Shown here: positions 1 through 9,912 of the stretch, piece by piece
Layout of the letters: each line of letters starts with the position of its first letter
How positions within the stretch are numbered: position 1 is the stretch's first letter
Origin: Promethearchaeota archaeon
Lineage (GTDB): Archaea; Asgardarchaeota; Lokiarchaeia; Sigyniarchaeales; SOKP01
Reading direction: 5' to 3'
Length of the DNA stretch: 32,000 nt
Assembly (NCBI GenBank): GCA_030606485.1
Contig: JAUWGH010000001.1
Location: forward strand, 60,001 to 92,000
Program-made: the position numbers and the translations under genes
Notes under the pieces: generated by a model
The model's database searches: none
What the model was told of the DNA's origin: nothing
The model's input: only the letters and a program-made list of their open reading frames with translations

Positions 1-1
1 A

Positions 2-559
2 GGTCTTAATGGAAAAGCTTTATATATTGATACTGAGGGGACATTTAGACCTGAAAGGATAATTCAAATGGCAGATGCTTTGGATTTAGATTATAATAAG
101 GTTTTAAAAAATATAATTTTCGCACGGGCATACAATTCAGACCATCAAATTATGCTTGCTAAGGACGCATCTAATATAATTAAAAAGGAAAATATAAAAT
201 TGATTATTGTGGATTCGTTAATTGGTCATTTTCGAAGTGAATACATTGGAAGAGGAACTCTTGCAGGCCGTCAGCAAACGTTGAATTCTCATTTGCATGA
301 TCTTCTTCGATTAACCGAGATTCATGATGATCTAGCCATAGTCGTTTCGAACCAAGTTCAATCAAAACCCGATGTATTCTATGGAAATCCTCTTAGAGCA
401 ACTGGAGGCAATATTGTTGCTCATGGTTCAACAATAAGGATTTATCTAAGAAAGGGTAAAGGCAATCAACGAGTTGCTAAAATTGTTGATGCCCCTCATT
501 TACCAGAAGCCGAAGCAGTTTTCACCCTCTCCGAAGATGGAATTAGGGATGATATATAA
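2..559 (+). CDS. radA: DNA repair and recombination protein RadA, C-terminal part (5' end outside window)
   Basis: The frame is open from base 2 (GLNGKALYIDTEGTFRPERIIQMA). It has Walker B LIIVDS, FRSEYIGRGTLAGRQQ, NQV and GGNIVAH..T.RIYLRKG motifs of archaeal RadA/Rad51. The Met at 68 is internal. Confidence 0.96.
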   Translation, partial: GLNGKALYIDTEGTFRPERIIQMADALDLDYNKVLKNIIFARAYNSDHQIMLAKDASNIIKKENIKLIIVDSLIGHFRSEYIGRGTLAGRQQTLNSHLHDLLRLTEIHDDLAIVVSNQVQSKPDVFYGNPLRATGGNIVAHGSTIRIYLRKGKGNQRVAKIVDAPHLPEAEAVFTLSEDGIRDDI

Positions 560-735
560 ATAAAAACTAATCTTTCCTTCTTAATCAATTTAATATAATC
601 CTATTAAATACCAAAATAAATTAAAAAAAAGATAAGGTTCGATAACAATCGTAAAAAGAGATTTTTACTTATTATTATTTACTACTTAATTATTTATTAC
701 TACTACTTTTTACAGATTTATATTAATTCATTAAA

Positions 736-1014
736 TTAATAGCGATAATTTCGTCTGCCGCCTTTATTATATGAATTGAATTGTTTAGGAGCCTTCTCTG
801 TAACAACAACATTTGAAGCCTGCGGTCCTTTTTCACCTTGAACAACATCGAACTCAACTTTGTCATTTTCGTTTAGTGTTTTATATTCATCCCCTTCCCC
901 AGATAATGCAGAGAAATGAACAAATACATCGTTACCGTCTTCTGAGCTTATAAATCCATAGCCTTTTCGGCTATTAAACCATTTTACTGTTCCATTTACC
1001 AATTTTAAAACCAA
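736..1014 (-). CDS. Cold-shock domain protein with short basic/aromatic C-terminal tail
   Basis: GTVKWFN, RNP1 KGYGFI, RNP2 VFVHF and [10 protein letters not shown] motifs; TTG start. Confidence 0.95.
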   Translation of the reverse strand: MVLKLVNGTVKWFNSRKGYGFISSEDGNDVFVHFSALSGEGDEYKTLNENDKVEFDVVQGEKGPQASNVVVTEKAPKQFNSYNKGGRRNYRY

Positions 1015-1199
1015 ATTTTTAATTATAAAAATTCTTTAATTCTAAAAGAATTAATTAAAAAAATAGTTCAAAGATAATAAATTTTAACTTTTTTGAGATT
1101 TTTTATAAATTTTTTTTAATATTTTGATTTATACAAGAGGAATCTCCAATTTAAATTAGAAGAGAATATAAAGGGATAAGAATTAAAAATAATAAGGCT

Positions 1200-1925
1200 A
1201 TGTTTGCTAATATTACTATATTAATAGATGATTTTAATGGAGTAGAACATGGTTTCATAAAATCTTATGGCTTTTCTGCTTTAATTGAAATCAATAATAA
1301 AAAAATATTATTTGACACAGGCACAAAGATCCAACCACTTTTACTTAATTTCAAAACTTTTGGGGTCACTCCCTCCTCCTTGGATGCTGTAATCTTAAGT
1401 CATAATCATTATGATCACACAGATGGCTTGCCAGGAATCTTTAAAGAAAATGAAAATATTCCCGTTTATGTTCACAGAGATTGGGATGCTCAAGAAAGCT
1501 ATAAAGGTATTACCGTTCCGAAAAAGAATCAAGTAATCGTCGAAAAGGGAAGAGAAATAAGTGAAATATCTCCGGGTCTCTTTTTAACGAATTCTTTATG
1601 GTCTTCAGATTATGGAGGAATACACGAACAGGCATTATTTATAAAAACTAATGAGAGTTATATTCTACTGTGTGGGTGCTGTCATCCAGGGTTGAGTGCA
1701 ATTTTAAAAGAAAGAACCAATTTAGGCATACAACTCGACACACCTTTACATATAATTGGTGGTATGCACGGCTTCAAATTTAGTAGTGAGGAAGCAATAC
1801 AGTTAAATCCTATGTTAAAATCAGTTATTTTGTGCCATTGCACGATGAATGCTCTAAATTTTAGAAGACAATTTGGAGATAAATGCTTGGTTGGTATCGT
1901 TGGAAAAAAATATAAGTTTTCTTGA
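1200..1925 (+). CDS. MBL-fold metallo-hydrolase
   Basis: HGFSALIE-like start, LFDTG, SHNHYDHTDG (HxHxDH), GCCHPG, IGGMH and HCT motifs. Confidence 0.9.
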   Translation: MFANITILIDDFNGVEHGFIKSYGFSALIEINNKKILFDTGTKIQPLLLNFKTFGVTPSSLDAVILSHNHYDHTDGLPGIFKENENIPVYVHRDWDAQESYKGITVPKKNQVIVEKGREISEISPGLFLTNSLWSSDYGGIHEQALFIKTNESYILLCGCCHPGLSAILKERTNLGIQLDTPLHIIGGMHGFKFSSEEAIQLNPMLKSVILCHCTMNALNFRRQFGDKCLVGIVGKKYKFS

Positions 1926-1932
1926 AACGAGT

Positions 1933-2268
1933 TTATACTTTAACATACATTTGACAATGGCAATGACCAAGTTCTTCAGCTTCATCTAAACATTCTTCAC
2001 ACGGGCATATGTTTTCATCAATATGCTGGAGTTTACAAGGACAATAAGGAGCTCCTTCTTCTCCAATGAAATGATTCTGTCCCTTCAATAATGCATAAAC
2101 TTTTTTCTCTTCGTTCAATTTTATTTTAAAATTTCTCACTTTAAATATTCTCTCAATGATTCGACCATTCTCTAACTGAATGTTAAATTTAAATTCCATT
2201 TTTTCATCTTTAAAAGCAGTATTATAAACGTCAACAAACTTTTGACAGTCTTCAAATGTTTTAACCAT
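1933..2268 (-). CDS. Ferredoxin:thioredoxin reductase catalytic-subunit-like protein
   Basis: CPC...CPC...CHC cysteine motif triad (YCPCK, ICPCE, HCHCQMY). Confidence 0.85.
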   Translation of the reverse strand: MVKTFEDCQKFVDVYNTAFKDEKMEFKFNIQLENGRIIERIFKVRNFKIKLNEEKKVYALLKGQNHFIGEEGAPYCPCKLQHIDENICPCEECLDEAEELGHCHCQMYVKV

Positions 2269-2370
2269 ATTTTCTCACTTATTATTGTTCTTAATTAATT
2301 AACAATGCGATTTCTTCATTTTATATTTTTTCCTTATTAATTAAAAACGCTTCTTTTATTTTAAAACGCT

Positions 2371-2958
2371 TTATGAATTTTCAATTTGTTTCAATTTCTT
2401 ATATTCATACATATGTATGCTTAAAAAGAAGAAATAAATAATAAAGAAATACCAAAATTCACTTGCAAGAAAAAGATTTAATAAAATCATTAAAATAAAA
2501 ACAAGAATTTCTAAAATTTTACAGAATTTATTATTATAATATCTAAAAACAAAAAAAGAATGCGCTACTTTATATTTTGAAAGAATTTCCTCCATATTTT
2601 TCATATCTTCTGATGAAATTAATAATTTTAATCCAATTGTTTTTCCGGTATAGAATAAATTTGTACCCCAATCAAATGTATCAAAGAAAATATGTATCAA
2701 GTAAGCAATTCCACATAATATCAATAAAAGATTGAAAATAATAATTCCCAATATTAAAATTATGATACCTGGCCAGATGGAGTGTGTAATAAGATTTCTG
2801 TGATTATGATCTTTTGCATATTTTGAAAAAACAATATCAAAATCTATAATAAATGCACAAAAAATAATCATAAAAAATTCAAATAAATTAATCTGAAGAA
2901 AGAAGTGGCTAATCGAGGCAATTATTACTCCAATGGCGTAATGTACATTTATATGCAT
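2371..2958 (-). CDS. Membrane-bound metal-dependent hydrolase (YdjM/YbcI-like)
   Basis: N-terminal H, DFD, HNHRNLITHS and HIFFD metal-ligand motifs between hydrophobic helices. Confidence 0.75.
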   Translation of the reverse strand: MHINVHYAIGVIIASISHFFLQINLFEFFMIIFCAFIIDFDIVFSKYAKDHNHRNLITHSIWPGIIILILGIIIFNLLLILCGIAYLIHIFFDTFDWGTNLFYTGKTIGLKLLISSEDMKNMEEILSKYKVAHSFFVFRYYNNKFCKILEILVFILMILLNLFLASEFWYFFIIYFFFLSIHMYEYKKLKQIENS

Positions 2959-3017
2959 AACTGTTCATTAAAAAATAATCGTTTTATGATTTTTTTTGGA
3001 TTAATTTTAGTTTTCAA

Positions 3018-4001
3018 TTAGATATATTTTCTATTTTTCATTCGTTTTAAAACCATTTCCTTGGATTGGAACCCTTTCGGTCCTTTCATTTCAACTAAAT
3101 AAGAAGATGCAGCAGAAGCAAAATAACCTGCATTTTTTATTGATTCCCAATCTTTCGAAGATTTTAAAAATTCATACATAAAAACAGACATATAGGCATC
3201 TCCAGCACCTGTTTCATCTACAACAAGATTAGATCTAAATGCAGGGATTTTAATTATTTTCTCTCCTTTTCTTGCAATTAATGAGCCTTTTTCACCAAGA
3301 GTAGTAATTATTAACGAATCATTCATTGTTAATTTATTAATTGATTTAATAGGATCTTTTATTCCTGAAAGTGTCCTCATCTCTTCCTCGGAACCTTTTA
3401 AAATCAGATTGTCATTAATTAAATCACTTATATATGAAATCTTTTTGTTGAAACTTTTATCATATTTTAATGATATTTTCCCAGAATTATCAATTTTTCT
3501 GATAAATCCTTGGAGATCAATGGCAACATAAGAATTCTTCAAATTTTTTACTAAATTTTCTATGTATTCAATATCTATTTCATTACATAATGTGCATAAG
3601 AGAATGGCATCTGGATTTTTTGAAATATAATTTAATGGAAAATTCTTAAAATTGAGATTAGGGCTTTTAGAAATTAAGGTCAAATTTCTGGTATGATTAA
3701 AATAATTTAAAACAAAATTTGTATTTTTTGAATGGCTCCATGATATACCATCTAGATTAATATTTCTTTCTAGAAATTCTCTCAGAAATTCCTTTTTGAA
3801 ATTTATACTTCCTAAATTTGAAACTATTCCAATCCAAGCATCACTAGTATATGTATCTAAAGCGAGTGATCCATATGTAACTCCACCTCCAACGGTTTGC
3901 ATGCTATCCTGATTGAATCTAATAATTTTATCTAATGCAAAATGCCCGCAAAAAATAAATGTGAGTTTTTCCTTTGAGTCAAAGTTTTTTGAATTATTCA
4001 T
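3018..4001 (-). CDS. PfkB/ribokinase-family carbohydrate kinase
   Basis: GGGVTY, ITTLGEKGS and VVDETGAGDAY signatures. Confidence 0.9.
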   Translation of the reverse strand: MNNSKNFDSKEKLTFIFCGHFALDKIIRFNQDSMQTVGGGVTYGSLALDTYTSDAWIGIVSNLGSINFKKEFLREFLERNINLDGISWSHSKNTNFVLNYFNHTRNLTLISKSPNLNFKNFPLNYISKNPDAILLCTLCNEIDIEYIENLVKNLKNSYVAIDLQGFIRKIDNSGKISLKYDKSFNKKISYISDLINDNLILKGSEEEMRTLSGIKDPIKSINKLTMNDSLIITTLGEKGSLIARKGEKIIKIPAFRSNLVVDETGAGDAYMSVFMYEFLKSSKDWESIKNAGYFASAASSYLVEMKGPKGFQSKEMVLKRMKNRKYI

Positions 4002-4050
4002 TAACCCATCAAAATAATTAATTTTTTTTTAAAAAAATAATTAATATCTT

Positions 4051-4977
4051 TTATGATCTTAATTTGGAAATCATTTCATCTTTCTTTTTAACTTCAGATT
4101 TTAATTTATTAATCTTTTTTTGTAAATCCTCGATCAATCCAGCAGGAGCTTCAACTCCTGAACTAACAGTAGTGGAAGCCTCAGTTTGTTTTGAATCAAG
4201 TTGCAGAATAATTGTTTCCTTTTCTTTTAATTGTTCTTCAAGTTCTAAAATTTTATTTGGATCTTTTGAAGTTAATTGAACAGACTCTAATTCCTTTAAT
4301 TTCTGTAATAATCTGTCATTTTTATTTTCAAGTTCTGTAATTCGCTCCAAGGCTGCTTCTTGTCCTTGAATTGACTTTAAATTTCTAAAATCTGCTTCGA
4401 GTCTCTCTGTATATTTTTTGCTTATATTTAATTTGTCTTGTAAATCTTTGCATAATACATTTAAAGAAGCAGATGTTTCAACAACAGGGGTTGGTGCTTC
4501 CGTAATAACCTTGGCAGCTTCTAATTTTTTAATTTGATTTCTTAATTCATTATTAAGATTTGTAAGTTCTGCTATTTGGCTATTTTTTTGCAGAAATTCT
4601 TGTCTAAAATTATTTAATTGTGATTGATCACTTAAGACTGAAGTACTGACCTTTAGTTTCATAATAGAAATTTCATTTTCTCTTTCCTTTATAATATTGT
4701 GTGCATATTTTAATGCATTTTCTTTTTCTTCTAATTCTCTTCTTAATATATTTACTTGCGGTGGCAATTGAGGGATATCACTTTTCTTTTGAGTTTCTAA
4801 AAAAGATACATGGTCTTTTAAATTTTTAATTACATTCTCTGCCTCACTTAATAATTCTACATTCTTCATTATTTTCTGTTTTAATTCTTCGTTTTCTTTA
4901 GTAAGTTGGTTAAATTCAGTCGTTATTTCAGTTAATCTGTCAATAATCCCGGCAACACGATTATCTTTTTCTGCCAT
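4051..4977 (-). CDS. Long coiled-coil protein of unknown function
   Basis: 308-aa E/K/L/Q-rich heptad pattern broken by P/T/S-rich linkers; co-oriented within a gene run. Confidence 0.75.
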   Translation of the reverse strand: MAEKDNRVAGIIDRLTEITTEFNQLTKENEELKQKIMKNVELLSEAENVIKNLKDHVSFLETQKKSDIPQLPPQVNILRRELEEKENALKYAHNIIKERENEISIMKLKVSTSVLSDQSQLNNFRQEFLQKNSQIAELTNLNNELRNQIKKLEAAKVITEAPTPVVETSASLNVLCKDLQDKLNISKKYTERLEADFRNLKSIQGQEAALERITELENKNDRLLQKLKELESVQLTSKDPNKILELEEQLKEKETIILQLDSKQTEASTTVSSGVEAPAGLIEDLQKKINKLKSEVKKKDEMISKLRS

Positions 4978-5020
4978 AATAATTATAAAATAGTCTTTTA
5001 TTTTAAAAAAAGTTTAATTT

Positions 5021-5617
5021 TTAGTATATGTTTTCAATATTTTTGTTCTTATTGATTAAATATCCGAATAATAATCCAAAAAGTCCACCAAACAAATGTG
5101 CCCAAATATTAATCTCAGGTCCTATTGATTGAAATAAAAAAAACATTAAATAGATTGCTCCAAATAGTACTGCACTTTTATCATATCTTATATAACTCAT
5201 TATAGCAGCACCAATTAGGCCAAAAACACAACCAGATGCACCTAAACTAATGACATTTAAAGGTAAAAGAAATAGACTAAATAGGTTTCCAATAAAACCG
5301 GACATTAAGTAAATCACAATATATTCAATTCTACGATAATTTGATTCTATTCCAATGCCAAAAAGAAAGAGAAAAATCATATTATTAAAAAGATGCAATA
5401 AATCAGCATGCAAAAACATTGCTGTAAAAAGCCGATAAACTTCTCCCTCATAAACGTTTACATTGATTTGAGAGAGTAATATTACATAATCTTGTCCAAG
5501 TCCAACATTTATTATAAAATAAGCCATTACATTAATAGTTATTAAAACTAGAGTAATTCTAGCTTTTTTTATTGATTCTTCGTCTATAACTAGCATTTTA
5601 ATTGCGTTTAAATTCAA
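5021..5617 (-). CDS. Rhomboid-family intramembrane serine protease
   Basis: YRLFTAMFLHADLLHLFNNM, catalytic GASG and AHLFG motifs; abuts the upstream stop codon. Confidence 0.92.
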   Translation of the reverse strand: MNLNAIKMLVIDEESIKKARITLVLITINVMAYFIINVGLGQDYVILLSQINVNVYEGEVYRLFTAMFLHADLLHLFNNMIFLFLFGIGIESNYRRIEYIVIYLMSGFIGNLFSLFLLPLNVISLGASGCVFGLIGAAIMSYIRYDKSAVLFGAIYLMFFLFQSIGPEINIWAHLFGGLFGLLFGYLINKNKNIENIY

Positions 5618-6529
5618 TTATATCTTCATAATCCCTGAAAAATACCCTACACTATACTCACACGATCCAGTTCCCCCTCCCTTGGCATAACTTGTGTAAT
5701 ATTTTAATACTTCAGGAGTTTTTACATCTAAATTATTACAGATTAGCATTAAAGTAGTTATTGTTTGAGGTCCGCACACTGTTGTTGCTCTAGCGTGATT
5801 AAAAACCTTTTCAGGATTATTCTCCTTAAAACTATCCATAACTTTTTGATCTTTAACCCTCATATCTTCTAAATCTTTTCCTGGGTTCATAGTATCTCTT
5901 GGTTGCTTATGGGTCATGTCAGAAGAAGCAATTACAACGATATCTTTTTTTTCTGACTTAATAACGGTTGCAATATCAACTGCGATATTATTTAATACTT
6001 CAAAATTCATAGAACCTATTGTGATGGGAACTAATTTAGATTTATTATCCGAACAGTAAACAATAAATGGCAATTGGACTTCAATGTTATGCTCACGACT
6101 ATGAGGGAACCCAAAATATGCCGATTGGTCGATTTTTATCGTATTGCTATTCTCTACAATCTTTTTCCCTAATTCCGAATCGATCTCAATATCACCCAAG
6201 GGAGTTTCCCAAAAACCTTCTTCCAATAAAGCAATCTCACTATAGCCTGTATGGGTTGTGCCTAAAACAATAACAGTATCAGGAATTTTCTCTTTAAATA
6301 AATTAAAAAATGTAAAAGATGCACAAGCAGCTGAATATACATATCCAGCATGAGGAGATATTCCTCCATAAATTGTTCTACTTTCTAGATTCTCACATTT
6401 AAAAGGCTTTCCTACACCAAAGTTTTTATCTAAAAAAGACTCTTCAATAATTCCTAATAGATCTGGCTTATAACGAGGATAAAATGAGCCTGCAACACAA
6501 GTTTTTCGTTTTAATACCATATTTTTCAC
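5618..6529 (-). CDS. amrB: AmmeMemoRadiSam system protein B (MEMO1 family)
   Basis: AGSFYP, ISPHAGYVYS, GTTH, EHNIEVQLPF, IASSDMTH, VCG and SVGY motifs. Confidence 0.92.
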   Translation of the reverse strand: MKNMVLKRKTCVAGSFYPRYKPDLLGIIEESFLDKNFGVGKPFKCENLESRTIYGGISPHAGYVYSAACASFTFFNLFKEKIPDTVIVLGTTHTGYSEIALLEEGFWETPLGDIEIDSELGKKIVENSNTIKIDQSAYFGFPHSREHNIEVQLPFIVYCSDNKSKLVPITIGSMNFEVLNNIAVDIATVIKSEKKDIVVIASSDMTHKQPRDTMNPGKDLEDMRVKDQKVMDSFKENNPEKVFNHARATTVCGPQTITTLMLICNNLDVKTPEVLKYYTSYAKGGGTGSCEYSVGYFSGIMKI

Positions 6530-6736
6530 TATAAAATATAGAATTTTGTTTTTTATAATGATTATAAAAACGTTAATTTACATTTTAAACATTATTTATT
6601 TTATTTAAATAGGATATCATTTATATTCTATCTAATTTTACTTCTTCAGAAAAAAATTTGCTAACTTTACTCAATAAGATCGAAAAATATTAGTATAAAT
6701 AAACTCTTAAAATAAATCAAATAATCAGATTTATGA

Positions 6737-7336
6737 TTGTATATGGTAAAGGAAAACGCAATATCACTTGATGAAATCAAAGAAGAAGATATTCCAGAGG
6801 TTATCCCTGCGAAATTAATCAACTCAAGGGTAATTATCTTTAATTCACTATACGGTTCTTATTTATATGTGAATAATTTTTATGGAAGTCCATTGGGTAT
6901 AAATAAACCCAGATTGGAATATTATTCTAAACCTACGGAACTTTCATTAATTGAAGCACAATATTTGTTGGAATCAGGAAGAATCAGCATATTTGATGTA
7001 GAATTAAATAAAAACCTTACATCAGAAGAATTTTTTGAATTTGCTAAAAATAAACATAATATGTTCGAGGACAAATACAAAATCTATAAAGATTTAAGAG
7101 ATAAAGGATATGTTGTAAGACCAGCTCTGAAGTTTGGTGCAGATTTCGCGGTCTATAAGAAAGGACCTGGACTTGAGCATTCCCCATTTATTATTCAAGT
7201 ATTACGGAGTGACTCCAATATTTCAGCAATAGAATTAGTAAGGGCTGGGAGACTGGCGACATCGGTAAGGAAACGCTTCATTATTGCAAATCCGCAGACT
7301 AAAACATATTATGTTTTAAAATGGTTTAAACCTTAG
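6737..7336 (+). CDS. endA: tRNA-intron endonuclease catalytic subunit
   Basis: LSLIEAQYL, KFGADFAVY (catalytic Tyr), EHS (His) and VRKR (Lys); ATG at 6743 is a likely alternative start. Confidence 0.93.
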   Translation: MYMVKENAISLDEIKEEDIPEVIPAKLINSRVIIFNSLYGSYLYVNNFYGSPLGINKPRLEYYSKPTELSLIEAQYLLESGRISIFDVELNKNLTSEEFFEFAKNKHNMFEDKYKIYKDLRDKGYVVRPALKFGADFAVYKKGPGLEHSPFIIQVLRSDSNISAIELVRAGRLATSVRKRFIIANPQTKTYYVLKWFKP

Positions 7337-7379
7337 AAATTTTGCATTCCGTTAATTTAATGTTTTGTTAAAAATGTTG

Positions 7380-8015
7380 TTAGCTATATGCTATAATTCG
7401 AATTAAATCTGCAATATTTTCAATTAAATCAGCCATTTCTTCAATTTTCTGGACAGCTCCTTTTACTTTCAAAATAGTAATTACATCTAAATCAGTTGAA
7501 TCATATAAATAATTCTCAAAATCTCTATATTCTGAATCTATTTCATGTTCCAGCAAATGCAATTTTTTTGATGTATCAAATGCTTTCTCCCTTGGCCCCA
7601 ATAAGCTTTTAACTGCCAATGTTAATGCTTCTCCCATCTCTATAGATTTTTTTATGATGGAATTGATTCTTTTATTAATATTCTTAGAAAGTTTTTTATC
7701 AATATACAATATTCTATCTGTAAATTCATTTATATAATTTAAAATCCCATCAGTTTTTAGAACTAAATCCAATAATGTACTTAATCCTTGTGATTCTGCT
7801 TCAGCAAATTTTTTTATAATTCTTACTTTTAATTCATCCGCCTGTTCTTCTAAATTGTTTATTTCTTCTTTTTTTTCATTAATTTCTTTTTTATCTCTTG
7901 CTTCAGTCCATAATTTGTAAAATAAATGCATCTCTTTCATACTATTCATAGTAATTCTTACATGTTCTATTAGAATTTCAATTACTTGGTGTTTTAATTG
8001 ATTCAAGTATTCCAT
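7380..8015 (-). CDS. DUF47 / PhoU-like phosphate transport regulator
   Basis: Two helical repeats with LEEQADELK and LEHEID; C-terminal EEMADLIENIAD. Confidence 0.8.
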   Translation of the reverse strand: MEYLNQLKHQVIEILIEHVRITMNSMKEMHLFYKLWTEARDKKEINEKKEEINNLEEQADELKVRIIKKFAEAESQGLSTLLDLVLKTDGILNYINEFTDRILYIDKKLSKNINKRINSIIKKSIEMGEALTLAVKSLLGPREKAFDTSKKLHLLEHEIDSEYRDFENYLYDSTDLDVITILKVKGAVQKIEEMADLIENIADLIRIIAYS

Positions 8016-8116
8016 CCCATCAAAAATTTAGTGATTTGTCTAATAAATTAAAATCTATATAAATCATGAAATTTACTCTTAAAAAAGTTTTTAAATTTTG
8101 AAAGAATCATAATTTT

Positions 8117-8920
8117 ATGTCTTTAGAAGAGAATGAAACGGCAGAAACTAGATGGAATGTTAAAACTTTCGCTTTTGCTGGATTGTTTATCACATTAGTA
8201 ATCATTTCTCTCTACTTATTATATCATATGTTTTTTGTAGATGAGACTTTTCTTTATACAATTGTAATCGAATGGTTTGTTAATCCAATTGCTGTGTTAG
8301 GATTTCTTGGAATCTTAATTTTTATCTTAATTATGGGAATTCAAGGTTTATTAGTACCTATACCTTCTGAAATAGTATTAGTAGCTACTGGAATGATCTG
8401 GGGGCTAATAGGAGGAGGTATTATGGGTATTATTGGATCAATGGTAGCAGCACTCTTATGTTTTTATATAAGCCGTAAAGGTGGAAGACCTTTAGCTGAA
8501 AAATTTGTTGGGGGAAAAGCTTTATTCCTAGCTGATAGATTTATTGAAAAATATGGGATGGGAACAATCATAGTGGCAAGATTTCTACCTTTTATAGCAT
8601 TTGATCCAATCAGTTATGCATCCGGGTTGGTCGATTTGGATGTGAAAAAATATTCAATAGGAACATTTATTGGTTCTATTCCAAGAGCTTTCTTCTACTC
8701 ATGGCTTGGAAGTATTTTATTTCCTCCTGGAATGAGTTTTCCAATTAATTTAGAAGATATACCTCTTGCAGAGTTAGAAGCTTATTCAGCTAATTTCAAT
8801 TTTCTTTTAGTAATAATATTGGGTGTCTTAGTAATACTTTTTGGCATTTATTACGTATTCTCAATATATCTAGAAAGAAAAGCTAAGATAAACCGTGAGA
8901 ATTCAAACGCAAAAGAGTGA
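8117..8920 (+). CDS. TVP38/TMEM64 (DedA/VTT domain) membrane protein
   Basis: PIPSEIV, FYISRKGGR, RFLPFIAFDPISYASG and GTFIGSIP motifs. Confidence 0.9.
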   Translation: MSLEENETAETRWNVKTFAFAGLFITLVIISLYLLYHMFFVDETFLYTIVIEWFVNPIAVLGFLGILIFILIMGIQGLLVPIPSEIVLVATGMIWGLIGGGIMGIIGSMVAALLCFYISRKGGRPLAEKFVGGKALFLADRFIEKYGMGTIIVARFLPFIAFDPISYASGLVDLDVKKYSIGTFIGSIPRAFFYSWLGSILFPPGMSFPINLEDIPLAELEAYSANFNFLLVIILGVLVILFGIYYVFSIYLERKAKINRENSNAKE

Positions 8921-9047
8921 AGATAAATGTTAAATTAATGAAATTATATATTATAATAAATCTCAAGAATATTATTAAATAAAATTAAAATTCCCCCTAA
9001 AAATAGATTTCAAATTTCCTCAAGGAAAATACAGTTAGAAATATAGG

Positions 9048-9830
9048 ATGGATGTAAGAAAAAAAAGTAATAAAAGTATTATTGGGCGCTGGAAACTATA
9101 CTGGGAAATTTCAGAAGTCGGTGCGATTGCTCGTCGATATTTTATTATGAACTTTACAGATGGTCTTTTAACAACGCTGGGAATTATAATTGGAATCTAT
9201 GTTTTATATATAAGAGATCAATCTCTATATTCAACAACTAATATCCTTATTTTACCTGGTATTGCTACAGCAATTGCTATGGGGGTTTCTGGCGTCTCTG
9301 GATCTCTCCTTTCTGAAGAAGCTGAAAGAGCAAAAATCAATTACGACTTGAGAAAAGCGATGGCAATATATCAAGAAAAAGATGATGATTCAGAGGATGA
9401 AGCAAGTGATCTGAATAAAAATGATCAAGTAAAAGAAGAAATATTGAAACATATGATTGGTTTAAGCCGAAAAGCGAAAGAAACCTATATTAAAAAACAA
9501 ATTAAGGTTGATTCAGACGAGAAATCTCATAAGAAAGAAAAGGATATTAATGAGAAAGCAGAAGATTTTGCTTCACGTATTTTGGCTATTATTAATGGAC
9601 TTTCTTCATTCTTAGGAGCATTACTAATGTTGACACCATTTTTTGTTAATCCCAATCTAATATATATACAATTCATAATTTCTTTTATCATAATAATTAT
9701 CACTGTATTCTTTTTAGCTCAATATTTAGCCAGACTGTCTAAGGGATCAGTAATTAAATATTTTATTCATTTCTTAGTAGCCATAATATTAACTATTTCT
9801 CTTACATTAACGATCGGTCAATTTACTTAA
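9048..9830 (+). CDS. VIT1/CCC1-family transporter
   Basis: RRYFIMNFTDGLLT and AMGVSG..GSLLSEEAE motifs; charged cytosolic insert followed by three TM helices. Confidence 0.8.
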   Translation: MDVRKKSNKSIIGRWKLYWEISEVGAIARRYFIMNFTDGLLTTLGIIIGIYVLYIRDQSLYSTTNILILPGIATAIAMGVSGVSGSLLSEEAERAKINYDLRKAMAIYQEKDDDSEDEASDLNKNDQVKEEILKHMIGLSRKAKETYIKKQIKVDSDEKSHKKEKDINEKAEDFASRILAIINGLSSFLGALLMLTPFFVNPNLIYIQFIISFIIIIITVFFLAQYLARLSKGSVIKYFIHFLVAIILTISLTLTIGQFT

Positions 9831-9912
9831 ATAAGAAAGTTTTTATTCTCTTTTCAATTAATTCTAATTAATTTTTACGATTAATGAATAAATAACTCAT
9901 AATATTGATTGT

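Noticed and set aside
6550-6570. Palindrome TTTTTATAAT-g-ATTATAAAAA upstream of amrB
   Set aside because: It is A/T only and not distinguishable from background.
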